Below, in pieces: positions 31,000-40,805 of a DNA stretch of 64,000 nt. The stretch comes from Hyphomonas sp. (GTDB taxonomy: Bacteria > Pseudomonadota > Alphaproteobacteria > Caulobacterales > Hyphomonadaceae), in contig WGNP01000014.1 of assembly GCA_016124495.1 (NCBI GenBank), positions 36,442 through 100,441 of the forward strand, read 5' to 3'. Each line of letters begins with the position of its first letter. The first letter of the stretch is position 1. The translations under genes were made by a program, and so were the position numbers. The notes below the pieces were generated by a model, which was given only the letters and a program-made list of their open reading frames with translations, did not search any database and was not told where the DNA came from.

Positions 31000-32463
31000 A
31001 TGAAGATTACTTTCGCCGAAAGCGCCAAGTCCGATATTGCGGGCTTTATCATTGATGAGGGCGACAAGCTGCCCGCCGCCGCTGCGGCGCTGGACAAGGC
31101 CAGCGGGGGCCTGCTGTCCGAGGCGATGGAAGGGGGCCGGTTCGATGGCAAGCCCGGCCAGCAGGCGATTGTGGTGCTTCCCAAGGGCTCGGACGCCCGC
31201 CGCGTGGCCCTGATAGGTGGCGGCAAGGCCAAGAAGCGCGATGCCCGCGCGCTTGAGAAGATTGGTGCCAATTTCTACAAGGCCATCGGCTCCAGCGGCT
31301 TCAAGACCGCCTCGATCACGGCAGGCGACGCCGAACCGGCGGCCCGTATCGCAGTGGGCGCCAAGCTTGCTGCCTATCGTTTCGATACCTATTTCACCAA
31401 ACTGAAGTCCGACCAGAAGCCGAGCCTCACCGGTCTCACCGTCATTTCGACCGACCCGAAGGCCGCCAAGGCCGCCTTCGGACCGATGGATGCGGCTACG
31501 GATGGCACCTATCTGGCGCGCGACCTGGTCAACCTGCCGCCGAATGACCTTTACCCGGAATCCTTCGCCGCAAAGGTCAAGGAACTCGCCCCGCTCGGCC
31601 TTGAGGTCGAAATCCTCGGCGAAAAGCAGATGGCCAGGCTCGGCATGGGCGCGCTGCTGGGCGTCGGCCAGGGCTCGGTAAAGGAAAGCCAGCTCGGCAT
31701 CATCCGCTGGAACGGCGGCAGGCCTGGCGACGATCCGGTCATCCTCGTGGGCAAGGGTGTCTGCTTCGACACCGGCGGCATCTCGCTGAAGCCCGGCCCG
31801 AACATGGAGAATATGCGCGGCGACATGGGCGGCGCAGCGGCCGTCACCGGCACGATGCGCGCCCTCGCGCAGCGCAAGGCCAAGGTCAACGTGGTAGGTC
31901 TGATCGGCCTCGTCGAGAACATGCCGGACGGCAACGCCATCCGCCCGGGCGACATTCTCCACTCTGCTTCCGGCCAGACCATAGAGGTGCAGAACACCGA
32001 CGCCGAAGGCCGCCTCGTGCTGTGCGACGTGCTCTGGTACGCCCAGGAAAACTTCAAGCCGAAAGCCATCGTCGACCTGGCGACACTGACGGGTGCCATC
32101 ATCGTCTCGCTCGGCCATCACCATGCCGGAATGTTCACCGACAGCGATGATCTCGCCGCCGAGCTGACCGCCGCCGGGCTCGCTGAAGGCGAGCGCGTGT
32201 GGCGCATGCCGCTGGGCGCCGAGTATGATGTGCAGATCAAGTCCAAGTTCGCCGACATGCGCAACATAGGCGGCCCGGCTGCGGGCTCGATCACAGCGGC
32301 GCAGTTCCTCAAGCGCTTCGTCAAGGACGGCGTGAAATGGGCTCACCTTGATATCGCCGGCGTCGCCTGGGTCGAAGGCGAGAAGGCCCCGACCGATCCG
32401 AGCTGGGCTTCGGGGTACGGCCCGCGCCTGCTGAACAAGTGGATCATGGACAATTATGAATGA
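31000..32463 (+). CDS. pepA: Leucyl aminopeptidase (M17)
   Basis: VGKGVCFDTGG, MRGDMGG, NTDAEGRL, HLDIAG. Confidence 0.97.
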   Translation: MKITFAESAKSDIAGFIIDEGDKLPAAAAALDKASGGLLSEAMEGGRFDGKPGQQAIVVLPKGSDARRVALIGGGKAKKRDARALEKIGANFYKAIGSSGFKTASITAGDAEPAARIAVGAKLAAYRFDTYFTKLKSDQKPSLTGLTVISTDPKAAKAAFGPMDAATDGTYLARDLVNLPPNDLYPESFAAKVKELAPLGLEVEILGEKQMARLGMGALLGVGQGSVKESQLGIIRWNGGRPGDDPVILVGKGVCFDTGGISLKPGPNMENMRGDMGGAAAVTGTMRALAQRKAKVNVVGLIGLVENMPDGNAIRPGDILHSASGQTIEVQNTDAEGRLVLCDVLWYAQENFKPKAIVDLATLTGAIIVSLGHHHAGMFTDSDDLAAELTAAGLAEGERVWRMPLGAEYDVQIKSKFADMRNIGGPAAGSITAAQFLKRFVKDGVKWAHLDIAGVAWVEGEKAPTDPSWASGYGPRLLNKWIMDNYE

Positions 32464-32929
32464 GGCCATCCGGCCTGAATGGTGGTTCTACCACCTCTCG
32501 CGCACGGCGCTTGAGGTGGCGGCGCCGCCACTGATGCAGAAATGCCTGGAGGCGGGATGGCGTGTGCTCGCCGTCTCGCCTGACCTGGAGCGGCTGGCGA
32601 AACTCGATGCGGCGCTGTGGACCTTTGACGACGCCTCCTTCCTCCCCCACGGCCAGGCCGAGGCGCCCGGCCTCGACGCCGCCCGCCAGCCGGTGCTGCT
32701 GTCGGCCAGGCTGAAGAACGCCAACAATGCCGACGCGCTGGTGCTGATGGACGGCACCGACGCGCCCGTCGAGGCGCCGTTCAGGCGCTGCAAGGTGATC
32801 TTCGAAGACGGCGACAAGGACAGCCGCGCCCGGGCCCGGGAGCAGTTCAAGGCGGCGAAGGATTCGGGGCTGGTGACGCGCTATTTCCAGCAAACGTCCG
32901 CCGGCGGATGGAAAGAGGCGGGGGTTTAG
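32456..32929 (+). CDS. holC: DNA polymerase III chi subunit
   Basis: WFYHL, LDAALWTFDDASFLPHG, ARAREQFK; overlaps pepA. Confidence 0.92.
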   Translation: MNEAIRPEWWFYHLSRTALEVAAPPLMQKCLEAGWRVLAVSPDLERLAKLDAALWTFDDASFLPHGQAEAPGLDAARQPVLLSARLKNANNADALVLMDGTDAPVEAPFRRCKVIFEDGDKDSRARAREQFKAAKDSGLVTRYFQQTSAGGWKEAGV

Positions 32930-32953
32930 GGCGTCATGCCATTGCGGCCTGCC

Positions 32954-33194
32954 TCAAACCTTCTTCACGAACTCCGACTTCTACCCCGCCGCGCCGACGC
33001 GCCGGATATTTTCGACCTTAGCGGCGCGTTTCACGACAGGGTATGACCCTTTCACCTTCAGATCCCTGATCACCGTTACCGTGCCACCGTCCGTGAGCGG
33101 ATTACCGACGCAAATCGCTGGTCACTCTCGCGTCCGCCCGCTCCGCCTCGGTCCACTCATGCCCGCACTCGGGGCAGGCGGGCAGGTCTTTCAT
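32954..33194 (-). pseudogene. yjdM: YjdM/PhnA zinc-ribbon protein pseudogene
   Basis: Hand translation MKDLPA-CPECGHEW..., frameshift, then GNPLTDGGTVTVIRDLKVKGS..VVK...KVENIR...*KSEFVKKV*; internal deletions, a frameshift and an in-frame TAG. Confidence 0.8.
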
Positions 33195-33605
33195 CCCCTG
33201 GGTCTCAGCACGCGTTGCGAGCAGCACAACAGGGTCACGCGCCTGCCCTTGTCACTTGTCAGATTGCAGTCCCGGACCTGTGTGGTGCTGCCGAGATGGA
33301 CGGGGGCCGTCCTGGCATGGGCCCGGCCTTCGAGGGCGGCGGCGAAGAAGTTCGATTTCAATTCGGTTGTCGTGAAACCCGTGGCCCCATCTTTGAGGCA
33401 GGCGACGGCCAAGTATCCGCAGGGCGGGTCCGCAAGGGTCAAGAGGCTGCCCGTGTGGAGGAAACCGCTGGGGCATGGTGGTGGCGCCGGATGTCGAAGC
33501 AGCGTCCGAAGCCGCCGCGCGCGTCACGATCTTGTTGATATGACCTCGCAGAGGGCTCTCACCGCGCGTGTTCAGGACTGCGGGCGTGAGTTCGCTGCTG
33601 GGCAA
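33191..33605 (-). pseudogene. PaaI family thioesterase pseudogene (frameshifted)
   Basis: N part ELTPAVLNTRG...GH in one frame and GFLHTGSLLTLAD..CGY...GFTTTELKSNF...VHLGSTTQV in another; frameshift near 33470. Confidence 0.7.
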
Positions 33606-33688
33606 GGTGCAGGATATCGTCGGGTCTCAGTTCTGATTAGGAGCTCTGAAGGCGCGCGCCTCAGGTCGCGGGTCCTGCCCGTGCAGCT

Positions 33689-34444
33689 TTGACAGACACG
33701 CCTGCGCGCTTCATGATGTACCGAGTTACTGCCGAGGACACGCCGCTGAGCGCCCGCAAGAAACCCCTTCCGCCAAGAACTGACCGCAAGACGGCGATTC
33801 TGGACGCGGCCGAAGCTGAGTTCAGCGCGCATGGATTTGACGCGGTGACCCTTCGCACCATCGCGGCGCGAGCCGGCGTCGATCTTGCGTTGCCGCACTA
33901 TCATTTCGACTCGAAAGACAATCTCTTCGTCGCTGTGTTCCGCCGCCGTGCAGAAGACCTGAACGCCTGGCGCGAGGCGGCCCTCACGCAGGCGGTCAGC
34001 GCCGCGCGGCCGGGCGCCCCAACTGTCGAGGCGATCGTGCGGGCTTATCTCGAGCCGCTTCTGAAAGGCGAACACCTCTCGGAGCAGGGCTGGAAAAACT
34101 ACTACGCGCTGGTGGCTTATGTGAACAACACGCCCGGTTGGGGCGGGCGGCTGATGGCAGAATCCTTTGATCCCCTCATCCGGAAATTCCTCGAAGCCCT
34201 TCGCCTCGCCATTCCAGGCCTGAAGGACAAGGATCTCTACTGGGGCTATCATTGTCTATCCGGCGCGCTGACCCTGGCACTGGCCCAGACCGGCCGGATT
34301 GACGCATTGTCGGGCGGCGTCGTGCAGTCTGAAAACCTTGATGAAGCTTGCGCGCATATGGTGCGCTTCATGACGGCGGGTTTCGAAGCCACGCAGAGCG
34401 GCGCGCCTGCAAAGGCCGCAAGGGTCAAAAGTTCAGCGCATTAA
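33689..34444 (+). CDS. TetR/AcrR family regulator (start may be 33713)
   Basis: ILDAAEAEFSAHGFDAVTLRTIAARAGVDLALPHYHFDSKDNLF. Confidence 0.93.
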   Translation: MTDTPARFMMYRVTAEDTPLSARKKPLPPRTDRKTAILDAAEAEFSAHGFDAVTLRTIAARAGVDLALPHYHFDSKDNLFVAVFRRRAEDLNAWREAALTQAVSAARPGAPTVEAIVRAYLEPLLKGEHLSEQGWKNYYALVAYVNNTPGWGGRLMAESFDPLIRKFLEALRLAIPGLKDKDLYWGYHCLSGALTLALAQTGRIDALSGGVVQSENLDEACAHMVRFMTAGFEATQSGAPAKAARVKSSAH

Positions 34445-34530
34445 CCGCGCCGCCTGTAGGCTGTTGCCGGAGCGCGGTCCTGCAGCTATAGGCCGCGCAA
34501 ATTCACAAACCCCAGATTCAGGAAGCCCCC

Positions 34531-34953
34531 ATGGCCGTGCAGCGTACATTCTCGATCATCAAGCCGGACGCCACCGAGCGTAATCTCACCGGCGCCATCA
34601 ATGCCGTGATCGAAAAGGCCGGCCTGCGCATCATCGCCCAGCGCCGCATCCAGATGACCCGCGCACAGGCCGAGCGATTCTACGGCGTGCACCGCGAGCG
34701 CCCGTTCTTCGGCGAACTCGTCGACTTCATGATCTCCGGCCCGGTGGTCGTGCAGGTCCTGGAAGGCGAAGACGCCGTGGCGAAACACCGTGATGTGATG
34801 GGCGCCACCAACCCGGCCCAGGCCGCTGACGGCACCATCCGCAAGCTGTTCGCCAAGTCGATCGGCGAGAACTCCGTGCACGGTTCGGACTCGGCCGAGA
34901 ACGCCGCCATCGAGATCGCCCAGTTCTTCTCGGAAGCCGATATCGCCGGCTGA
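34531..34953 (+). CDS. ndk: Nucleoside diphosphate kinase
   Basis: [25 protein letters not shown]. Confidence 0.98.
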   Translation: MAVQRTFSIIKPDATERNLTGAINAVIEKAGLRIIAQRRIQMTRAQAERFYGVHRERPFFGELVDFMISGPVVVQVLEGEDAVAKHRDVMGATNPAQAADGTIRKLFAKSIGENSVHGSDSAENAAIEIAQFFSEADIAG

Positions 34954-34978
34954 GCCGGACGGATCACACCCCATCCTG

Positions 34979-35010
34979 AAAACCGGCAGGCCTCGCCCTG
35001 CCGGTTTTTT
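34979..35010. terminator. Intrinsic terminator after ndk (possibly bidirectional)
   Basis: aaaaccggcagg cctcgc cctgccggtttttt. Confidence 0.8.
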
Positions 35011-35027
35011 GTGTCAGGCGTGCCCGG

Positions 35028-35231
35028 TCAGTCTTCTTCCGGCGGCTGGTTGGCGTTCATCCATTTGAGGAGAGGGCGCAGCGGCAGGATCCAGCCGAAG
35101 CCGGCGACCACGTAAAAGATGAGCTGCACCCAGCCGGGCATCTCGGTCAGGCGGGAGCCGACAGTTCCCGCGCCCCAGATCCAGAGGGCCATGAAGGCGA
35201 GCAGCACGAGAACAGCGACGGGTTTACGCAT
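35028..35231 (-). CDS. DUF2842-like small membrane protein
   Basis: MRKPVAVLVLLAF...WVQLIFYVVAGFGWILP; divergent from ctaA. Confidence 0.8.
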   Translation of the reverse strand: MRKPVAVLVLLAFMALWIWGAGTVGSRLTEMPGWVQLIFYVVAGFGWILPLRPLLKWMNANQPPEED

Positions 35232-35312
35232 GGGGCGGGCGGCGTCCTCTCGGCCTGGGTGTGCGACGTTGGCGCCTCTTGATCGCGCCATACCCCGGGT
35301 GATCTAGGCAGC

Positions 35313-36362
35313 ATGCCTGTAAACGCAATTTCGCCTCTTGCCGCACGCTGGATCCGGGCCTGGCTGATCCTGCTGGGGCTGCTCGTCTATGCGACCATCC
35401 TGGTCGGCGGCGCAACCCGGCTGACGGATTCCGGTCTCTCGATCACCGAATGGCAGCCCGTGAAGGGCGCCCTGCCGCCGATGGATACCGCCACCTGGCT
35501 GGCAGAATTCGACAAGTACCGGGAGACCACCCAGTACAAGCTGATGAACAAGGGCATGGAGCTGTCGCAATTCCAGTTCATTTACTGGTGGGAGTGGGGC
35601 CACCGGCAGCTCGGCCGGTTCATCGGCCTGGTCGCGGTTGTGGGCCTTGCCGTGTTTGCGGCGCGCCGCTGGCTCGGCGGCGGCCTTGGCTGGAAACTGC
35701 TTGGCCTCGTCGCCCTCGGCGGACTGCAGGGCGCAATCGGCTGGTGGATGGTGGCCAGCGGGATCGGCGATACGGACCGGGTGTCGGTCGCACCCTACCG
35801 GCTGATGACGCATTTCTCGCTGGCGCTTCTGATCCTCTGCGTGATCACCTGGCTGTGGCTCTCCTTGCGGGCCGTGCCGCGTCCGGAAGGTCCTGCCCGG
35901 GGCAGGGGGGTCGCCATCGGCCTGCTGGCGCTGGTGTTCGTGCAGATGGCGGCGGGCGCGCTGGTCGCGGGACTGGACGCCGGGCGCAGCTATAATGACT
36001 GGCCCTTGATGGCCGGGGAGCTGTTCCCCAGTCATTATATACAGGCCGATCTCGGGGTGCGCAGTTTCTTCGAAGGACGGGCGGCGACCCAGTTCAATCA
36101 CCGTTTCCTTGCCTATGCGCTCTGGGGCCTGAGCCTCTGGGCCGCGTGGCGCTACCGGACCGACGCACTGGCCCGGCCGTTTGCGGTGCTGGCGGCGCTG
36201 GTCAGCGCGCAGGCGGTGTGGGGTATCCTGACGCTTTTGAATGCCGCCCCCCTGACGCTCGCACTCGTGCATCAGGGGCTTGGCGTGATCGTGACGCTGG
36301 CGGCGGTCTACCTCGTCTGGCGGGCCGCCGGGCCGGTCACTCGGTTATCGGCTCCAGCGTGA
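35313..36362 (+). CDS. ctaA: Heme A synthase (COX15/CtaA)
   Basis: GGATRLTDSGLSITEWQP, WEWGHR, GWWMVASG, QFNHR, HQG. Confidence 0.95.
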   Translation: MPVNAISPLAARWIRAWLILLGLLVYATILVGGATRLTDSGLSITEWQPVKGALPPMDTATWLAEFDKYRETTQYKLMNKGMELSQFQFIYWWEWGHRQLGRFIGLVAVVGLAVFAARRWLGGGLGWKLLGLVALGGLQGAIGWWMVASGIGDTDRVSVAPYRLMTHFSLALLILCVITWLWLSLRAVPRPEGPARGRGVAIGLLALVFVQMAAGALVAGLDAGRSYNDWPLMAGELFPSHYIQADLGVRSFFEGRAATQFNHRFLAYALWGLSLWAAWRYRTDALARPFAVLAALVSAQAVWGILTLLNAAPLTLALVHQGLGVIVTLAAVYLVWRAAGPVTRLSAPA

Positions 36363-37311
36363 TTTCGCTCGGGTCGATGAACACGACCTGGTGTTCGCCG
36401 GACGCATTCTCGCCCGCCACGACGACCACGCCGCCCGGGAAGCCGCCGGCCGGCAGGGTGCCCTGCGCGGTAATGGCCGTGGGGTTGCGGGGCGCCTGGA
36501 TGGTGATGCCGTCGCGCACGCCCACATCCATCGTGGTGAGGCCGTAGTCGGTCGAGATCTGGATCGGCTTGCCCTGTTCGAGCGAGAGCAGCGCCGAATA
36601 CTTGCCGCGCGTGAGCGAGGCTGAGTCCTCTGACCGGGGGGAGGCGACCAGGGTGTCGTAGGCGAACACGCAGGATGTGACCGGGAAGTCTGTCTGGGTG
36701 GAGGCTTCCGGCGTCCAGGTCAGGTCGCCGTTGACTTCCGACAGCACGCCGGTGGTCAGCGACATGGAGTTCGCCATCGTCCAGTAGGCTATGCGGATCA
36801 GCCCGCCCGCGCTGGAGTCCCCCGTGCAGAGGCCCTGGACGGCGCGCTCTTCGGAGATCGGCAGGTCGATCTGGGTGGGGGCCATCAGACCGGGGCTGAA
36901 CACATAGCCCTTGAGGTCGCCGGCCTCGGTGATACCCGGAAACAGGGTGACGGCCGCGTCTCCGATACTGGTCGAGCGGCCATCCGCAATCGCCTTCAGA
37001 CGGAAGAGCGACGGCTCGCCGATCTGCTCGCCGTCCATGTTGAAGAAGTCGAGGCCGCCGCGTTCATACGCCACAGCAAGGATGGCGCCGCCGCCCGTCG
37101 ACATCGCCACATCCCGCACGGGGCCGGAAAGGGGGCGGGTTGACCAGACGGCCGGAAGCTCCAATCCTGCAGTAACTGGGGCAGCTTGAGGGGGGGCTTC
37201 AGGGCCCTTTTCCTCACGGGAACAAGCCACTGCGCCAAAAAGCACAATGGCCCCGGCAGCCGCGTTGACAAAGGGAGAAGCGGCGCTTAAACGCCAGCCC
37301 TTAATTTGCAT
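36337..37311 (-). CDS. Hypothetical lipoprotein with possible beta-propeller (phytase-like) fold
   Basis: Lipobox AVAC; beta-rich repeats, GGLDFFNMDG, VQGLCTG, FPGGVVVV. Confidence 0.6.
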   Translation of the reverse strand: MQIKGWRLSAASPFVNAAAGAIVLFGAVACSREEKGPEAPPQAAPVTAGLELPAVWSTRPLSGPVRDVAMSTGGGAILAVAYERGGLDFFNMDGEQIGEPSLFRLKAIADGRSTSIGDAAVTLFPGITEAGDLKGYVFSPGLMAPTQIDLPISEERAVQGLCTGDSSAGGLIRIAYWTMANSMSLTTGVLSEVNGDLTWTPEASTQTDFPVTSCVFAYDTLVASPRSEDSASLTRGKYSALLSLEQGKPIQISTDYGLTTMDVGVRDGITIQAPRNPTAITAQGTLPAGGFPGGVVVVAGENASGEHQVVFIDPSEITLEPITE

Positions 37312-37349
37312 TCCTGGAACTCCGAAATTGAGAGGCTCTGAGCAGAGCA

Positions 37350-37814
37350 ATGAAAACCTATAACGCACCAGTAGGCGTAGAGACAAAGTGGGTCGTGATC
37401 GACGCGACGGGCGTCGTCGTCGGACGGCTTGCTTCTTACGTCGCCAAACGTCTCCGCGGCAAGCACCGCCCTGACTTTACCCCCCACGTCGACACCGGCG
37501 ATCACGTCGTCGTGATTAACGCCGAGAAAGCTGTCTTCACAGGCAACAAGCTGACCGACAAGATCTATTACCGCCACACCGGTTACGCTGGCGGGATCAA
37601 GTCGACCACCGCAGGCAAGATCCTGTCCGGCCGCTTCCCGGAGCGCGCCCTTGAGCTGGCTGTAAAGCGCATGATGCCGCGCGAAAGCGCGCTGTCGCGC
37701 CAGCAGTTCGGCAAGCTTCGCATCTATGCCGGCGGTCAGCACCCGCACGTCGCCCAACAACCCGAGCTCGTCGACTTCAAATCGATGAACCGCAAGAACT
37801 CGAAAACGGCCTGA
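37350..37814 (+). CDS. rplM: 50S ribosomal protein L13
   Basis: WVVIDA...GRLAS...[16 protein letters not shown]. Confidence 0.98.
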   Translation: MKTYNAPVGVETKWVVIDATGVVVGRLASYVAKRLRGKHRPDFTPHVDTGDHVVVINAEKAVFTGNKLTDKIYYRHTGYAGGIKSTTAGKILSGRFPERALELAVKRMMPRESALSRQQFGKLRIYAGGQHPHVAQQPELVDFKSMNRKNSKTA

Positions 37815-37819
37815 TCCAC

Positions 37820-38302
37820 ATGACCGATACCTCCGCTTCCCTGAAAGACCTTGGCGCCATGACCGGCGCGCCGTCCGCGCAGCCGGCCCTCAAGGTCGAA
37901 CCGAAGATCGATGCCCAGGGCCGCGCCTATGGCACCGGCCGCCGCAAGGAAGCCACCGCCCGCGTCTGGATCAAGCGTGGCACCGGCAAGATCACGATCA
38001 ACGGCCGGGATCAGGAGACCTACTTTGCACGTCCCGTTCTGCGCATGGTCATCGCCCAGCCACTGATCGAAGCGGGCCGCGCGAGCGAGTTTGACGTGAT
38101 CTGCACCGTCAAGGGTTCGGGCCTCATGGGCCAGGCCGGCGCTGTGCGTCACGGCATTTCGCGCGCTCTCGTCGCGTTCGAGCCGGGCCTTCGTCCGGTG
38201 CTGAAACCCTTCGGCTTCATGACGCGCGACCCGCGTGTCGTCGAACGCAAGAAGTACGGCAAGGCGAAAGCGCGCCGCAGCTTCCAGTTTTCGAAGCGCT
38301 GA
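37820..38302 (+). CDS. rpsI: 30S ribosomal protein S9
   Basis: [32 protein letters not shown]. Confidence 0.98.
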   Translation: MTDTSASLKDLGAMTGAPSAQPALKVEPKIDAQGRAYGTGRRKEATARVWIKRGTGKITINGRDQETYFARPVLRMVIAQPLIEAGRASEFDVICTVKGSGLMGQAGAVRHGISRALVAFEPGLRPVLKPFGFMTRDPRVVERKKYGKAKARRSFQFSKR

Positions 38303-38329
38303 TCCGTTTACGGATTTACCGTGTTCAGG

Positions 38330-38364
38330 CGGGCGCTTCGGAGACGAAGCGCCCGTTTTTGTTT
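38330..38364 (+). terminator. Intrinsic terminator of rplM-rpsI
   Basis: cgggcgcttcg gaga cgaagcgcccg followed by tttttgtttt. Confidence 0.85.
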
Positions 38365-38391
38365 TTGCCCTGACTTCAGAGGATTGGGCGT

Positions 38392-39327
38392 ATGAAACCC
38401 AGAGTCTTCATCGATGGCGAAGCGGGAACCACCGGCCTGCAGATTGCGTCGCGGCTTATGGCCCGCAGCGACATCGACCTGCTGTCGATCGATGAGGCAA
38501 AGCGCAAGGATGCGGACGCGCGCGCGGCGATCATGAAGAAGGCAGACGCCGTGATCCTCTGCCTGCCGGATGACGCGGCGCGGCTCGCCGTAAGCCTGGT
38601 GGAGAATCCCAACACCGTGATCATCGACGCTTCGACGGCGCACCGCACGTCGCCGGGCTGGGTCTACGGGTTTCCGGAAATGGACCGCGGCCAGCGCGCC
38701 GCGATTGCCGCCTCGGCGCGGATCTCCAATCCGGGCTGTTATCCCACCGGTTTCATCGCGCTGGTTCGCCCGCTGATCGTATCCGGATTGTTGCCACCGG
38801 ACTGGCTGGTCACTGTGAACGCCGTGTCCGGATATTCCGGGGGCGGCAAGCCGATGATCGCCGAGTTTGAGACACGCGAGACGCAGGACAATTTCCGCAT
38901 CTACGCGCTGGGCCAGACGCACAAGCATACGCCCGAGATGAAGAAGCATGCCGCCCTCGCGCATGCGCCGATGTTCCTGCCGTCCGTCGGCCGGTTTGCG
39001 CAGGGCATGATCATCGAGGTGCCGCTGATGCTCTGGGCGCTGCCGAAGAAGCCGAAGAGGGCGGCCGTACACGCGGCGCTTAAGGCGGCGTACCAGGGCG
39101 AGACATTCATCAAGGTGATCGGGCTTGCCGAAGGTGACGCGCTCAAGACGCTGGGCGCCGAAGGCTGCAACGACACCAACCGGATCGAACTCTACGTGTT
39201 CGGCAATGATGACCAGGCGCGCCTCGTCGCGCGGCTGGACAATCTCGGCAAGGGCGCCTCGGGCGCGGCCGTTCAAAACCTGAACATCGCGCTGGGGCTG
39301 GAGGAAAGCGCCGGGCTATTGGAGTAG
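38392..39327 (+). CDS. argC: N-acetyl-gamma-glutamyl-phosphate reductase (type 2)
   Basis: VFIDGEAGTTG, NPGCYPTG, SGYSGGG, DNLGKGASGAAVQN. Confidence 0.97.
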   Translation: MKPRVFIDGEAGTTGLQIASRLMARSDIDLLSIDEAKRKDADARAAIMKKADAVILCLPDDAARLAVSLVENPNTVIIDASTAHRTSPGWVYGFPEMDRGQRAAIAASARISNPGCYPTGFIALVRPLIVSGLLPPDWLVTVNAVSGYSGGGKPMIAEFETRETQDNFRIYALGQTHKHTPEMKKHAALAHAPMFLPSVGRFAQGMIIEVPLMLWALPKKPKRAAVHAALKAAYQGETFIKVIGLAEGDALKTLGAEGCNDTNRIELYVFGNDDQARLVARLDNLGKGASGAAVQNLNIALGLEESAGLLE

Positions 39328-39580
39328 GGCGGCGCACGGCGCCGTATCGCCATCGCACGCGGGAATAACCCTGCATCTCGCCTGCTATCCAGGCGTCTGA
39401 TTTTGACTGCGCTTAAAACCACTATTCACAAGAAAAAAGGGCAGGATTTTCTCCTTTGCTTTCGTTGCATCGAGGATTTCATAAAAGTCCGCTAACAGAA
39501 CAAATGCCAACGCGCTCTGGCTCAAAACGCAGGCTGAAACTACTACAGTTCAGCGACGTTCACATACTGGTTTGCCTGTC

Positions 39581-39790
39581 ATGCCCGCTTCGTATCCCAG
39601 CAAGGTTGCGCTCAAGGACGGCCAGGTTATCCTGTTCGTGCGTCCAGGCGCAAAACGGGCAACCTGGCACAATCGAGACTCGAAACGATCCAACTCCGTC
39701 ATCAGGCCGCCGAATTTCTGAGCAACAACAAGATCGAGCATGAACGCGGCCCTCAGCCAATGAACGACTTTGCGGCTAACGCTATAGTCA
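39581..39790 (+). pseudogene. Possible N-terminal remnant of a tyrosine (phage-type) integrase
   Basis: MPASYPSKVALKDGQVILFVRPGAKRATWH then frameshift to QAAEFL..KIEHERG; resembles arm-type N-termini of alphaproteobacterial integrases (recalled pattern); no catalytic domain. Confidence 0.35.
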
Positions 39791-39894
39791 GCTGTCTTCA
39801 CATAACATCCGGCGAACTTCGCGATCTGCGTCGACAGCCTTGCGGAGTCTTGCAACGCCGCGCTTGACCGCCGGATGAGATACGTTCGAGATAG

Positions 39895-40008
39895 GGTAAT
39901 CATCCCATTTTTCAGCGACCGGATTTCCAGGCTTCACGCGGCAAGTTTCAGTTTCATGGCGGGGGTGATGTCGCCGACGCTCATGTTCGGGAGCTGGTTG
40001 TTGTATGT
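39895..40008 (-). mobile_element. IS3-family remnant: transposase C-terminus plus degenerate right end
   Basis: Minus-strand TYNNQLPNMSVGDITPAMKLKLAA* matches the IS3 tail pattern WTYNxxRPNMxIGGITPAxKLKMAA; followed by aaaaatgggatgattacc resembling the terminal IR. Confidence 0.7.
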
Positions 40009-40242
40009 CTATATCAGGTGCTCAAATCCTTCCGTCCACAGCTGTTTTGGGTGAGCGACCAGAAATGTCTTTTCGATGTTCTCCTTCTCAAACGGTTGAT
40101 CGGAGCCAGTTCACTGAAACTTGAGTTACTCAAGATTTGAAACCGAGAAATTACTGCGACGCAGCAGCTTTTGACCACCTGATCCAGCGATCCAATTTTA
40201 GTTCAAAGACGCCGTCTTGTGTTGGCATTACACAGACGCACG

Positions 40243-40545
40243 TCAGATCGGGGATTGGAAGAAGGCCTCTATGTCCATCGACCCGTGAGGCACGCCGATA
40301 ATTGCCACAACGTGCTGTTCAACGATATAGAAGATCAGGTGAGATCCCTCGCGGTAACTTCTGTAGCCCTGACTTATTTCATCTCGGATGCGGCCAGCAC
40401 TTGGATTTTCCCCAAGCCATTCAAATCTTTTCGCGAGCGCTTCCAGATAGTTCCTGGCCTGCCCTTCGCCCCACTGGATTAAGGTATAATCAGCAATCTG
40501 ATCAATATCTCTCAGCGCTCGCGGGGTAAGACGATACCCGCTCAA
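40243..40545 (-). CDS. parE: Type II toxin, ParE/RelE family
   Basis: YRLTPRALRDIDQIADYT..QWG..QARNY, GRIRDEI..GYRSY..GSHLIFY. Confidence 0.93.
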   Translation of the reverse strand: MSGYRLTPRALRDIDQIADYTLIQWGEGQARNYLEALAKRFEWLGENPSAGRIRDEISQGYRSYREGSHLIFYIVEQHVVAIIGVPHGSMDIEAFFQSPI

Positions 40546-40805
40546 GATTTGTTGCTTTTGGCGGAACGCTTCCTGGCGCGGTCTACCACGTCATCAACGG
40601 TGAACTGGGCGAATTCACCTTTGCGTGCTTGCGCCGCGCCCTCAGCCAGATGATCCCGGAGCGTCCTGAGCCGATTGCCGCGCTCCTCGAGTTCGCGCAG
40701 GGCCGCGCGGACGACTTCGCTCGTGGACGCATAACGGCCGCTCGCGATCTCCTGCTTCACGAAACTCTCCCAATGCGGCCCCAGTGAAAGGGATGTGGTC
40801 GCCAT
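40542..40805 (-). CDS. parD: Type II antitoxin, ParD (RHH) family
   Basis: TSLSLGPHWESFV...SGRYASTSEVVRAALRELE; 4-nt overlap upstream of parE. Confidence 0.93.
   Translation of the reverse strand: MATTSLSLGPHWESFVKQEIASGRYASTSEVVRAALRELEERGNRLRTLRDHLAEGAAQARKGEFAQFTVDDVVDRARKRSAKSNKS

Noticed and set aside
19404-32469. Long alternative-frame ORFs (e.g. 19404..20915 +, 25875..27704 +, 30940..32469 -)
   Set aside because: Antisense shadows of real GC-rich genes (ADH, topA, pepA); no recognisable motifs
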